Assembly (NCBI RefSeq): GCF_001194135.2
Contig: NC_068983.1
Span: 42,628,150-42,692,149 of the forward strand
Source: Octopus bimaculoides
Lineage: Eukaryota
Reading direction: 5' to 3'
DNA length: 64,000 bases
A model generated the notes under the pieces. That model worked only from the letters and a program-made list of their open reading frames with translations. It was not told where the DNA came from and did no database searches. Numbering within the stretch: position 1 is the stretch's first letter; each line of letters begins with the position of its first letter. A program made the position numbers and the translations under genes. Below are positions 39,539-53,325 of the stretch, piece by piece.

Positions 39539-40786
39539 CGGATCCACATGCTACTGATTAGTTATGCATATCTCCAACATACGAGGTTTCTTCCCAGCCA
39601 GGCTGTCTGTGGTCCCATTGCACTTCTAACCAAGTTTCCATTATGTATAAGTTACTGAAAGTACGACATGCTCCACATCCCAAACTGGATGCCAGTTCAT
39701 TGCAGAGTTAAATTCTGAGCATTCGCTGGGACTTATTTACAGCCTACTGGTCTGGAGCAAATATGGAGTGAAGTGTTTTGCTCAAGAACAGAATGCACTG
39801 CATGGTCCAGGAACCAAAACCATCATTACACAACACCCTAGCCACTAAACCACATGCCTTCAATTATATGTAGATATATATATATTTGTGAATATATATA
39901 TATAATTGCAAAAGAGGACAACAAACATTAAGGCAAGGCAAACATATACATTATTATTGGAAAAAAATTCAAAGCCATACAGCTGTTTCTGGAATATCCC
40001 AGAGTATGACAGAAACAAGTAAAAGACAAAACAAACAAAAAAAGAACTGAATGCATTCTTTTATTCGTTTCAGTCATTTGACTGTGGCCATGCTGGGGCA
40101 CCACCTTTAGTCAAGCAAATCAACCCCAGGACTTATTCTTTGTAAGGCTAGTACTTATCCTATTGATACCTTTTGCTGAACCACTAGGTTACGGGGACGT
40201 AAACACACTAGCATTGATTGCCAAGTGATGTTAGGGGGACAAACATAGACACACAAACATATACATACATATATACACATATATATTTATACGACAGGCC
40301 TCTTTCAGTTTCTGTCTACCAAATTCAGCCTGAGGCTATAGTAGAAGACACCTGTCCAAGGTGCCACACAGTGGGACTGAACCCGGAACCATGTGGTTAG
40401 TAAACAAGCTACTTACCACACAGCCACTCCTACGCATGTGTATAATACTTGTCTATGTCTTGCCTGTTCTCATGTCTCTGTACACTCACACTCCTACTAT
40501 ACCTGGCCATATGTGTGTGTATAAAGCTACATCAATAAAACAATTGACAAATCACTCCACCAGGAATATGATAAAAATACAAATTAATGCTGACTATCCT
40601 CACCTGTTAGTTGAAGGGTTAGAGTACATTAAGTCATTATTGTTTCTCATGATAAACAAACAAGTAATTTATGCGATATATCAACGGTTTTCCCTGTTGT
40701 CTTTTTTTTATAACCATTCTGTGCTGTGCAACACATCAGTGCATCAATGCCAGCCATATTCTGTAGGTTCTCCTCCTCTTCCACCT

Positions 40787-41345
40787 CATCATCATCATTT
40801 AGCGTCCATTGACCCTGCTGGCATGGGTTGGACAGCTTGACCAGGACTATAAGCTGGAAGGCTGCACCAGACTCCAGTCTGATTTGGTATGGTTTTCTAT
40901 GGCTAGATACCCTTCCTAACACCAACCACTCTGAAAGTGTAATGGGTGCTTCTATGTGCCACCAGCATGGGTGCCATTTGCATGACACCAATGGCTTTGC
41001 TCAGCTTGATGGATCTTCTCAAGCACAACATAATGACAAAGGTCTCAGTCATTGCTCCTATGAGGCCCAACACTCAAAAGGAACTCAACCACTTTGCCTC
41101 CATGAAGCCCAATGCTTGAAAAGAACTCGGCCTAGTTCCCTCTATGAGACCCAGTGCTTGAAAAGAACTCGGCCACTTTGCCTCTGTGAAGCCCAATGCT
41201 TGAAAGGGACTCAGCCACCTTGCCTCTGTGAGGCCCAGTGCTCGAAAGGAACTCAGCCACTTTGCCTCGGTGAAGCCCAGCGCTTGGCTGTGGATAGTTT
41301 TTTGGAACATGTGAGATTGCTGGCTTCTAGTCCAACCTGCTGCCA
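40787..41345 (-). mobile_element. RTE 3'-end copy with about 6 tandem 42-bp units derived from the ORF2 end
   Basis: Unit close to ctcagccactttgcctctgtgaggcccagtgctcgaaaggaa, reading LGLTEAKWLSSFQA on the minus strand, followed by the standard RTE tail. Confidence 0.75.
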
Positions 41346-41434
41346 TGTTTTGGAGGAATGGAACTCTGTGACTGGTTCTGACAACTCTCACACAACACAG
41401 CATAGCTGACTCAGAGAGAGGTGGGGAGACAGGC

Positions 41435-41481
<47 letters not shown>

Positions 41482-41774
41482 GAGGAATGGGGAAGCACAG
41501 ACAAAGACGAAGGTGAGAAAGACAGAGTGGCAGAGAGGTGGGTAGGGACAGTGAGAGAGAGAGAATAAGAAAGCAGAATCGATCCCCAATATTTGACTGG
41601 TTCTTTACCGACCCCTGAAGGGTGGAAAGTGAAGCTGTCCTTGACAGAACTTGAACTCAGAATGTAAACAACCAAAACAATTGCAACAAGGCATTTATCT
41701 GGCACTCCTAGTCCTATCAACAGTCTGCCTTAATTATCAATTACAATTATCATTAAACATCAATAATTACAAAC

Positions 41775-42240
41775 AAATGTGGATGTGTGCAAGTGTATGT
41801 GCGCATGAGTATGCATGTATGTGTGAGTATGCATATATACATATGAGCATGTGCATACATATGCATATGAATATACATGTGAGTATACATGCGTGCATGA
41901 GATTTTGTGTATGTGTGCGCGAGTATAAATGTATGTGTGGGTAGGTATGTGCATGCGTGTGAGTATACCAATATATGTCTATGCCTATGAATATGCATGT
42001 GTGTGCCTGCATGTGTATGTGAATGCATGTGAGTCAGTGTCTGTCTGTGTGAGAGCACGTGTGTCTGCATGTAAATGCATGTGAGTTTGTGCTTGTAAGT
42101 GAGAGTGTGTGTATGTAGGAGTATGCATGTGTGTGAGACAATGTGTACATGTATGCATGTGAATGCTTGTGTTTTTGTGCCTGAATGTGTGAGAGCTTGA
42201 GTATGTATGTGTGTGTATGCATGTGGATGCACGTGCATGC
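41775..42240. repeat. Long degenerate alternating purine-pyrimidine tract (TG/CA/TA/CATG)
   Basis: Directly visible; source of the His/Thr/Met-rich ORFs. Confidence 0.9.
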
Positions 42241-42853
42241 AGCAAAATATGCACCCTCAGCCTGGCAAAGACTGATGCCAACAACTGTTTTAACAACAAC
42301 AAAAACATTTCATGGAAAAAAAAAAAAAAATAATAATAATAATCCTAATAAATCAAAGACAGACAATGCCAGCATTTCATAAAACTAACTCCAAGGAGAG
42401 TAAACACACGCATACAATCACACACACACACACACACACACAGAGGCATTTGCACACACGTGCATGCACATGCACACAAACGTGTGTGCACAGAAGGAAA
42501 GAAGAGCAAGCGCTACAGTTACTATGGCATTTCTGAAGATGGTAAAATATCACATTATCGTGTCTGGCAGTAGTCTGTTCGTCCTTGACCAATACACTGT
42601 TGTCTCGCGGAAGTCAAACTTGAAGAAAAATATTGACATAAACTTGCTATAATGAAGCTAGTTGGTCTATTGCTAATTGATGGTGGTGGTGGTGGTGGTG
42701 GTGATGGTTTGCTGATTGTTCCCTTCACTACTTACAATGTCAAATGTCTTAATCCGTCATTTAAATAATACAGATTCACTAAATACCATACAGGATTAGA
42801 AGAATAATAATAACAACAACAATAATCATCATTTTTATTATTATTATTGTATC

Positions 42854-43295
42854 TAAGGCAGTGAGAGCTGGGTGAAATGAAAGTGCACCAGACCAAATAC
42901 TTCGTAGCATTTCGTCTGTCACATTCTGAGTTCAAATTCCACTGGGTTGACTTTGTCTTTCTTCCTTTTGGGGGTTAATTAAACAAGAACCAGCTGAGTA
43001 CTAGGGGTTGATATAAGCAATTTTTCCCCTGCCCCGGAATTGCAGGCCTTGTACCAAAAATTGAAATCATTATCATGGTGAGCTGGCAGAATTGTTAGCA
43101 CGCTGGACAAAATGCTTCACAGCGTTTCATCCATTTATATGTTCTCAGTTCAAATTTTGCCGAGGTCGACTTTGTTTTTATCCTCTGGAGGTTGATAAAA
43201 TAAATTCTAGCTGATTACTGGGGTCAATGTAATCAACTAAACCTTTCTCCCAGAATCCCAGGCCTTGTGCCTATACCAGAAAGGGTTTTTATTAT
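42854..43295 (+). mobile_element. Two tandem family C SINEs (others at 15600-, 19125+, 23930-, 24640+, 43750+, 44300-, 50340-)
   Basis: ggtgagctggcagaattgttagcac head, gttcaaatt B-box, gtcgactttg..tcctt..ggggttgataaa core, (ATT)n-type tail. Confidence 0.8.
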
Positions 43296-44832
43296 ATCTT
43301 CTAGCAAATTTNNNNNNNNNNNNNNNNNNNNNNNNNNNNNNNNNNNNNNNNNNNNNNNNNNNNNNNNNNNNNNNNNNNNNNNNNNNNNNNNNNNNNNNNN
43401 NNNNNNNNNNNNNNNNNNNNNNNNNNNNNAGCAAATTTATTGAAAGGTGGGTGGATGTTGGAAAAATGGCCAGTGTGAATGTACCAATTCTGAGAATACA
43501 CCTCTAGAAAGAACAAAAAGGGCTCTTGCCCTGCTGATCAGGCACCTGTACCGTTTGTGGGTTTTTCCACAAGTAGCCTTAAAACACCTCCCTCTATTGA
43601 GAGATTTTTTTTTCTTCTTATTTTGTTTACATGTTCTAAAACCCTTTATATCGTCCTGTTTTGTCATTTCATGTTGCTTTCATATTAGCCCTTGTGGCCA
43701 ATAAAAGAATTAATTATTATTATTATTATTATTATTACTATTATAATCTAAGGCAGCAAGCATGCAGAATCGCTAGCATCTGGTCCATCTTTGTGTCCCG
43801 AGTTCTGCCAATGTTGACTTTGCCCTTCGTTCTTTCAGGGTTGATCAAATAAGTTCCAGTTTAAACCTTGGGGTGAATGTAATTGGCTAGCCCGTCCCCC
43901 AAAATTTCAGGTCTTGTGCATTTAATAGAAATACTATATTAGATACACACAATTTCAGCATATTCACTAAAAAAGTTTTTAGTGCATCGAACCATTTGAT
44001 ATTGGCCCTGACTTTACATATGGGACCTAGGGTGATCTTCAAAATGTATTTGCTTTATGACACCACATAAAAAAAACCTGTGCTGGCGCTATGTAAAATG
44101 GCCAACAAGTTCGGTGGTTGAGGAAAGTCAATTACAGAGACCACAGTGCTCAACTGGTTCTTATTTTATTAATTGCGAAAGGATGAAAGGCAAAGTCGAC
44201 CTCAGCAGGAACAGTCCTCCAGCTTTCCAACTCTGGTCAAACCGTCCAACTCATGCCAGCATAGAAAACAAACATTCAATGAATGATAGTGATAATAATA
44301 GTAATGATAATAATGATTTCAAATTTTGGCACAAAGCCAGCAATTTTGAGAGAGGGGTAAGTCGATTACATCGAACCCCAGTACTGAACTGGTACTTATT
44401 TTATGATGAAAGACTAAGTCAGCCACGACAGAATTTGAACTCAAAACATGGAAACGGAAAAAATGCTGCCAAGCATTTCGCCTGGGATGCTAACAATCTT
44501 GCCAGCTCTCCACCTTAAAGAAAAAATAAAAATAAAAAATGAAAAGTAATAAAAATGATAATAAATCATACATGACACATGCAGAAATAAATGACATGTA
44601 ACTTGCTCTGTAGAGATGAAAATCCTACACGGAACATGCATCTTAAAAGAATAATGATAAAGAAATAAAGTAAAATGAAGAAAAAGAAAGAAAATAACAG
44701 AACGATATTCAGGAAAAAATTTTTTTTTTTTTTTGAAAACAAGTTTTTACAAGGAATTTGGTTTTTCAAACACTAGTCTCAGATGGAACAAAAAAGCATC
44801 TACCACGGAGATTTGGGTTGCACCTAACTTAC

Positions 44833-44880
44833 CTTATGCAGTTTATGCAGAGTGTTTAACTCCGGCAGATCAAAATGCAC
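44833..44880 (-). CDS. AHCYL1: 48-nt coding exon of the same gene: VHFDLPELNTLHKLHK
   Basis: Long pyrimidine tract ending gtttggcaatcctag|GTG and donor AAG|gtaagt; phase 0-0, open, splices in frame to the 22500 exon. VHF sits where IRBIT has its K-Q-I-Q-F PP1-docking motif. Confidence 0.8.
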
Positions 44881-45510
44881 CTAGGATTGCCAAACACAGA
44901 AAGAGAACAAAAAAGACAGCGGATTATGAACAAAAAAAAGGAACCAAATGTTTTTTTTTTTAAATCAAGGGAAGTTCTGGAATGTACCTAAAACAGTTAA
45001 CTTCTAAAAATAAAAATAAAAACCCAATGCTTCCAATGAATCAAGCTGTATTTTAGCTGGATATTTATATTTTATAATTTAAAAAATTAAACAAAGAAAA
45101 AATTTGGAAGATCTCTAATTTAGATAATGCTAAAATACTCAATGTAAATTAATTCAAATTCTATGCATTAAAAAAATCCATCTCAAACTGTATTTAGGCT
45201 AAAGCACTAAGGAAGGTCTTTCTATATATCTATCTAACTATCTATAAACGTTTATATAAATTCAAAAGGTGGGCTGGAAAGCACATGGTACTGAATGATT
45301 GGTTCCACATTATTCACATGCTTGACGTGGTTTGACCACAACCTTCCTAACTCGATAGGGTAGTGTGTGTGTAGTTGGTGTACTATAATGAAAAGAAACC
45401 TAGAAATAATGCTGACGAAGGATGTCAGCTGCATCTGTTGTATAACAGGGCCTCTAGGCTTATGTCATTTACAGTGGCTGGCTTTCTGAAACGTGTGCAC
45501 ATAATGTAAA

Positions 45511-45980
<470 letters not shown>

Positions 45981-46238
45981 TATATATATCATCATCGTCG
46001 TTTAACGTCCGCTTTCCATGCTAGCATGGATTGGACGATTTGACTGAATGACTGGTGAAACCAGATGGCTACACCAGGCTCCAATCTGATTTGGCAGAGT
46101 TTCTACAGCTGGATGCCCTTCCTAACGCCAACCACTCCGAGAGTGTAGTAGGTGCTTTTATGAGCCACCGGCACGAAGGCCAGTCAGATATATATATATA
46201 TATATATACTTTCTTTTAAGAAACTTTTAAATCCTTAT

Positions 46239-46957
46239 TTAACCCTTTAGCACAGTTGTCTCCTACCTTTTTTATACCATGGACCAGTTTCATGCTGGGC
46301 AATCTTTCCATGGACAGGTGGCAGCACATATGTGTAATTGAAGTGCATTTCAATAAAGAGGACAATGATAAAAAGAGCAATTTATTAAAAGGAAGAATTT
46401 GTGTATAATCTTTTGACTCTCATGTCTGGGCTCCAGCCTGGCCATACACCAGCATGCTTAGTTTCCCTGAATCAATGCCTATTACACTACTATCACTTCA
46501 ATATCAACTCACCATCATGTAGAATCAGTGGGAGCCCTTAGTTTGCTTCCATGCAACTGGGCATTCCCATCTGGGAGTAACGGGAGACAATGACACTCAA
46601 AATAGGTTCTTTATGTCTAGTTTATTTCGTAATTTTGTTTTGGTTATTGCCAGTGCAGAAAACCCTGCTTATTTATGTGGCCCAGGAACAAATGATCCAT
46701 GGACCAGTACTGATCCGCAGCCCAGTGGTTGGGGACCTCTGCTTTAGCGCTCAAATTACTCTGACAAATGTAAAGGTTATTTACGCATATTATTTTGAAT
46801 TAATCATGTTTTAAGTCATAGATTTGATATTTTGATGGTGCTATATTTAGAATGACATTGTAGAGTAGGTGAGAGAGACTAGATCTGGCCAGTGTGAACA
46901 TAAAACAGCAGGTATATTTGGGTCGGATATGGCCCAGATGAAATGCTGAGTGGTTAA
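46239..46957 (+). mobile_element. piggyBac-like MITE (TTAA-CCCT...GGTTAA) carrying a nested hAT MITE; other copies at 2412+ and about 57660-
   Basis: Ends ttaaccctttagc...gctgagtggttaa; body ttactctgacaaatgtaa...gaattaatcatg...tttagaatgacattg shared with 2412-2625. Confidence 0.7.
46253..46741. mobile_element. hAT (Charlie-like) MITE
   Basis: Imperfect TIRs cagttgtctcctacc / ggttggggacctctg, flanked by 8-bp direct repeats ctttagca / ctttagcg. Confidence 0.75.
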
Positions 46958-47421
46958 ACTGTTAGCTTAAATTCTTATGATAAAAATCATGAAGAGGAAA
47001 TACAGTTCTAAATGCCTCAAGAAGTTCTATGGCTCACAACATCATTTTATGTTCAGCAATAAAACAATGAGCAAATGCGTGAGAAATGTCATCCTTAAAA
47101 ATCTAGTGCCTATTCCTAACTACAAGGTGGAATCAGAGTCATTTCTAAACACAAGAGAAAAATTAGTACACAGAATCACCATTGTCATTATCTTCTTTTA
47201 ATGCCCATCTTTCATACTGGAAGACGATAGTTTGAGAGGATCCAACAGGTTGGAGGACTACATCATGCACAAACGTGTGCTTTGGTATAGTTCCTGCGGT
47301 TTAATGTATTTCCTAACACAAACCACTTTGCACAATACTGGGTGGTTTTATTTATAGTCCACCACTAGTTACATCACCATGTCACTGGCAACCTGCAATC
47401 CCCTTCAAATGAGACTAGAGA

Positions 47422-47461
<40 letters not shown>

Positions 47462-49514
47462 NNNNNNNNNNNNNNNNNNNNNNNNNNNNNNNNNNNNNNN
47501 NNNNNNNNNNNNNNNNNNNNNNNNNNNNNNNNNNNNNNNNNNNNNNNNNNNNNNNNNNNNNNNNNNNNNNNNNNNNNNNNGGTCCACCTGACTGGCTCCT
47601 GTGCTGGTGGCATGTAAAAAGCACCTATTGATTGTGGCCAATTGGCACATAAAAAGGACCATCCGAACTTGATCGATACCAAGCCTGCCCGACTGGCTCC
47701 TGTGCCGGTGGCACATAAAATGCACCCACTACATTCTCAGAGTGGTTGGCATCAGGAAGGGCATCAAGCTGTACAAACTTCGCCAGATCAGATTGGAACC
47801 TGGTGCAGCTGCTGGCTCTCCAGACCTCAGTCAAACCGTCCAACCCATGCCAGCATGGAAAACAGACGTTAAATGATGATAATGAGAGTATGAGGAAAGG
47901 CGTTAGAACAGATGATTTGCTGAAGAGGGAATACATGGTCACTGGCACCATATAAGAATGGGTGGGAGTAATTGCGGTGGAGCTGGAAAGAGAAATAAAG
48001 GTGGTAGTGGTGAAGTGGTGTTGGGTGGACCTTCTAAGTACAATAAAGGGGATACATAGTGTAATGACAGAAAAGAGGGTGGGTAGATATAGGAAGAGAG
48101 AAGGGTGGTTAGCAATGAGATGAGAGGAGAAAAAAGAGTGACTCATTGTAACAAAATGACTTGCATATATGTTGCCCTACACATGTATGAGCAATAATTT
48201 CTAAATGTTTAAATAATGAAACATCAGATGCATGCACGCATTTGCTCCTGTGAGAGCGTTACTTTTTTCTTTCTCAAATACATATATTCTTTCATTCTTT
48301 TACTTGTTTCAGTCATTTGACTGCAGCCCTGCTGGAGCACCGCCTCCATCACCATTTGACCTCCTCTTTTATATACTTGCACGGTTCAGAGACAATCGGT
48401 TGATGCAGAATGTCTACAGCTGTATGTCCTTTCTGTCACCAACCCCAACTTTCTTTCAACCAAGATAATATAATATATGTAAGTCTGTGTTGTATATGCT
48501 GTAGAAAACTTTAAAAAAAAGCTTATAGATATATAATTTTATATATATATATATATATATTGTGGTTTCAAACAACCACAACACTGAAATGAATGTACAA
48601 AACACATGATGTAAATTTGTCCTTACTGTAATTTCTCCTACATTTATTCAGTATACCATAATCAGTAATACTACTAATTTTAGTAGGAGTATAACCATTA
48701 CAATGGAAGGAGATGATGGTAATCTACATGGAGCTCTAAACTTAACACTAACAGTCATACATCTAACTATAAACACAAAATACATACATATATACGTATA
48801 TATATATGACCAACCAAACTATCAGATGTTACGCATCACTGATCACAATGCGCTTTGCATCATTTTAGCCTTCTAATGATGCCACCAACCAGGCTGGGCA
48901 AGCAAGCCTACATCTCCTCCTGATCGAAAAGGGGACTGGAGTAGCATGAAAAAGTGTTTCTCTCAAAAACACATGCCATCCGGTCTGCGAACTGAACCCA
49001 CGATCCAGCGATCACAAGCTCAACAGCCTGACCACTAGGCTATGCACCTTCACACACACAGATAGATATGCCATAGCATACATGCACAAGAAGTGTTAAA
49101 AATACGACTAGTACTCAATTTGGGAGAATTTTCCCATGAAGCTGTTGAAGTGTACAGATTTTAATTCTCTCAGCTGAAGTTGTAGAAAAATTGGACAAAA
49201 CTGTCGCAATCTCATACATTCCTCGTACATTATTGGAATTCTAAATGATTTTTAACAGTACAATAGAAAAATATGTGACAGAAAACATGATGGAGAGTTC
49301 CTGTCAGAGTATGAGAGTGGATGTGATTTAATCTCATCAGCTGGCTGCATCTATGCTTGACACTTATTTAATCAGTAAGTCATTTTGGAATGAAAATGTA
49401 TAACAACAGAGAACAATAACAAAATGGCAAATGAAACATGCTTTTCTGGTTGGTTAATACAGATCTCATATTGGTGTCATGTGATTTCAACAGTAAGTTC
49501 AGAAACTTCATGTA

Positions 49515-49701
49515 CAGTAATCCCTCGCCATGTCACAGCTTAATATTTAAGCTTGTGTTGATTCCTCCGTGGTGTAGGTTTGTATTTATGATGAAATATA
49601 TACAAATTATAAAAACAAACAGTACTGTTTCTACTTCGCAGATTTTCATCTATTGCAGGGGGTTTTGGAATGTAACACCCACAATAGTCAAGGGATAACT
49701 G
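49515..49701. mobile_element. Tc1/mariner (Tigger-like) MITE
   Basis: TA|cagtaatccctcg ... caagggataactg|TA. Confidence 0.65.
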
Positions 49702-51989
49702 TATACATGAAACGAGGTAAAACACTTTCAGGATAGTCAAGGAGCAAGCAGGAGGTTTTAATCATATAGACCAGTGGTTGTCAATAAGAATTCCATATGG
49801 CACTCGGGGGTTTCATATAAGATTTTGTTAAAAACCATGTGCAATAAATTGGTTTTACTCCGACAATACACAAAATATTAATTTTTTTTTTATACAATTC
49901 CTAATAATATTGAAGTATACAAACAGGATTTTTTAAACATCAAATGGCTACAAGGGTTTACCCTAGTAAAATAAAAATTTGGGGGAGGGGTCCATCATCA
50001 TCATCATTTAACATCCGTTTTCCATACTTGATGGGTTGGGCAATTTGACTGGAGCTGGCCAGCCAGCCAATTGCTTGTTTTGGCATGGTTTCTATGGCTG
50101 GATGCCCTTCTTAATGCCAACCACTCAGAGAGTGTAGTGGGTGCTTTTTACGTTCCACTGACATCGGCCATATTCAGATGGTGCTTCTTATGTGCTACCG
50201 GCACAAGAGCAAGTTGGGACAGGTGGGAGGCTGGCATTAACCATGTTCGCATGGTACTTTTAATGCGCCACTGGCACAGGGAGCCAGTCAGGCAGAACTA
50301 GCAATGACCCACACATGCATGGTGCTTAATAAATAATAATTCTTACTGCTATAGACACAAGGTCTAAAATTAATGAAGGGAGGGTAAATCAACTATAGGC
50401 ACATGACCAATGATTTTATGGTGCCAGTCTATGACTGGTACCTTAACCCTAAAAGGATGTAAAGCAAAGACAAACCTGGCAGAATGTAAAGAGCCAGAAA
50501 TGTCAATAAGAATTATGTCCAATATGCTAACAATTCTGTCAGCTCAACACATCATTGTCATATGTCTGCTTTCCATGCCAATAGTTTGACATTTGACATG
50601 GCTAGCAGGAAGCTGTCCAAACACCAACTGTCTGTTTTGGTATGGTTTCTACACCTGGATGCCCTTCATAATGCCAACCACTTAACAGAGTGCACTGGGT
50701 GCTTTCAACATGCCACTGCCTTGATAAAATTATCAGCATCATCAATAACATCATTATATATCCGTCTTTCATGATAACATGGTCTGGATAAGTGATTTGT
50801 GTTCTAGATGGGACAGAGGAACACATTCCTAACTTTCATGTTTTGGTTTGATCTCAACAGCTGGATATTTTTTTAACACATGCACGCTCGTGCACACACA
50901 CACACACACACACACTGAATGGCTCTTGTGCCAGTAGTACATAAAAGATACCATCCCAACGTGGCCATGGCCAGTGCTACCTGACTGGCTCCTGTGCTGG
51001 TGGCATATAAAAAGCACCCACTACACTCTTGGAGAGGTTGGTGTTAGGAAGGGCATCCAGCTGTAAAAACCTTGCCAGATCAGATTGGAGCCTGGTGAGG
51101 CCTCCTAGCCTGCCACGTCCCCAGTCAAACCGTCCAACCCATGCCAGCAGGAAAAACGGAAGGATGATGATGGTGGTGTGTGTGTGTGTGTGTGTGTTTG
51201 TCCTCTTAATTTAACTGTTCAGCAGACGAGATCAATAGAATAAGGGCCAAACTTTAAAAAAAAAATTTTTTAAAGCACTAAAACCCCTTCAAGGTGGTGT
51301 CCCAGTATGACTGCAATCAAATGATGGCATGGTAAAAAAATAAGAAATACGTATTTAGAATAGTCGTAATATTGATTCTTCGTTCGGAACTAAAATAAAC
51401 CACTGCAACACTTCAGCTTACTTGTAGATAGCGTCATTAGAAAAATAAACAAACAAACAAATAAATAAACCTCAAACAAACTAATTGCTAGAAATTTAAT
51501 TAACATTTGGAACTTTTTTTACCAAAATTACAAGAATTTCTTATTCAAGGTGAGAATATTTTTACTGAAAACATGTTTAGACAATATGACAAAAGATATT
51601 TAAAGACAGGGCTGATTGCAATTAACCTTGTCATTCATCATTATTCTAATTAGCAGTCAATAATACTAAGAGTTTAAATAATCAGTTCATCACCTGTGTG
51701 TCATTGTGCTAATTATATCTTTAATTGTGGAAAATGAAGTGACAGAATCTAAATGAAAGTTAAAACCTGAAACCATTTCCAATACATTACGGTTTTATAT
51801 TACACACACACACAACTTCAGCATTTAACATCTAACTTCTATGCTGACATGGGTTGGATGGTTCGACAGGGCCTAGTGAGTCGGAGGAATGCACCAGGCG
51901 CCAACATTTATTGTGGTTTATAACACTCAACTGGTCTTATTTTATCGAACCTGAACGATTAATGGAAGATATAAATTGAAATTTATTTA

Positions 51990-52250
51990 AAACAGGAAGT
52001 TTGTATCAAAACTGAAGGTAGTCTTGGGCAAGTTGATATCAAAAAGGAGCACAAAAGTGAGGTAGGCCAGGAGGAGGAGGATATTGGGAGGGTTGGTTTG
52101 AAAAAGGAGGACACCCAAAACCAGACAAGATGGCAAGATGGTGTGAAGGCAGTTACTATGGCGTTGAGGTCGATCCAGCCACTTCCTGATGTGTCGGGCA
52201 ATATGATATGCTTCAGAAGACCTGTTGAGTCAAGTAAAACCAATATCGTA
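51990..52250 (-). mobile_element. Retroelement ORF fragment, possibly Penelope-like; related fragment at about 6960-7190 (+)
   Basis: Shared ttttgatatcaac(c/t)tgcc core and LLISTC/FLISTC translation in both copies. The family assignment is tentative. Confidence 0.35.
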
Positions 52251-53286
52251 CCTATGGCCAGTGTCCCCTGACTGGCTCCCGTGCCGGTGGCATGTAAAAG
52301 GCACCATCCAAACGTGGTCGATACCAGGTCCACCTGACTGGCTCCTGTGCTGGTGGCATGTAAAAAGCACCTATTGATTGTGGCCAATTGGCACATAAAA
52401 AGGACCATCCGAACTTGATCGATACCAAGCCTGCCCGACTGGCTCCTGTGTCGGTGGCACATAAAAAGCACCCACTACACTCTCGGAGTGGTTGGCATTA
52501 GGAAGGGCATCCAGCCATAGAAACACTGCCAGATCAGATTGGAGCCTGGTGCAGACATCTGGCTCTCCAAGCCTCAGTCAAACCAGCCAACTCATGCCAG
52601 CATGGAAAATGGATGTTAAATGATTATAAGGGTGAATAACTTTTTTTCAAAATAGGGGAAATATTGAATTTAACAACGAGCACTATTTAGTCAAATGATG
52701 AAATCTACCATATAACAAAAAGGGAATTTAGAGATAGCACATCGCAGATGAAAATTACACAAGAATTTTTTTTGAATAAAGCAAATATTTTAAATCTCAA
52801 CATTTTCCAATCAAATTGAATATTGAAAATCTGACGGATAAAAGACAAGAAATATATAAGAGTGACAAATTTAAGCAAGCACTTTTTCATGACCACCACA
52901 ACTGAAATGGATTAACCCTTGAAGATAAGAAGAACTGTAAGTAGAGAAGGCAGATCATTAACAAAGTCATGAAAAGGAATGAAAGGACTGTGAAGAACCT
53001 AACTGATTGACTGACCAAACAATTGGTTAAATGGCTAACTAGCTGACTAATAATGGTAATAAAAGAAGTGAAATAGGACCAGTGTGTGTGTGTGTGTGTT
53101 TATAGACATAATGATCCTCCCAAGATACAATAAAATTTATTTCAACACAATCTTGCAAATCAAATACAAAAATAGGATACTGTAAAGAAATATAGAGAAA
53201 TAATTAAACAATAATTAATCACTTATCTGAATACAGTGATGATAGACAAATTAGCAGTTGTATGTTCAGTGTTCAGTTTTTAGCAC

Positions 53287-53325
53287 ACTTACCTAAAAAA
53301 TAAAAAGAAAATAGAAATTAAAATC
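53287..53325 (-). promoter_or_regulatory. Candidate recursive splice site (zero-length exon)
   Basis: Minus strand reads ttttaatttctatttctttttattttttAG|GTAAGTg: pyrimidine tract and TAG followed directly by a perfect donor, in the sense of the host gene. Confidence 0.55.
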
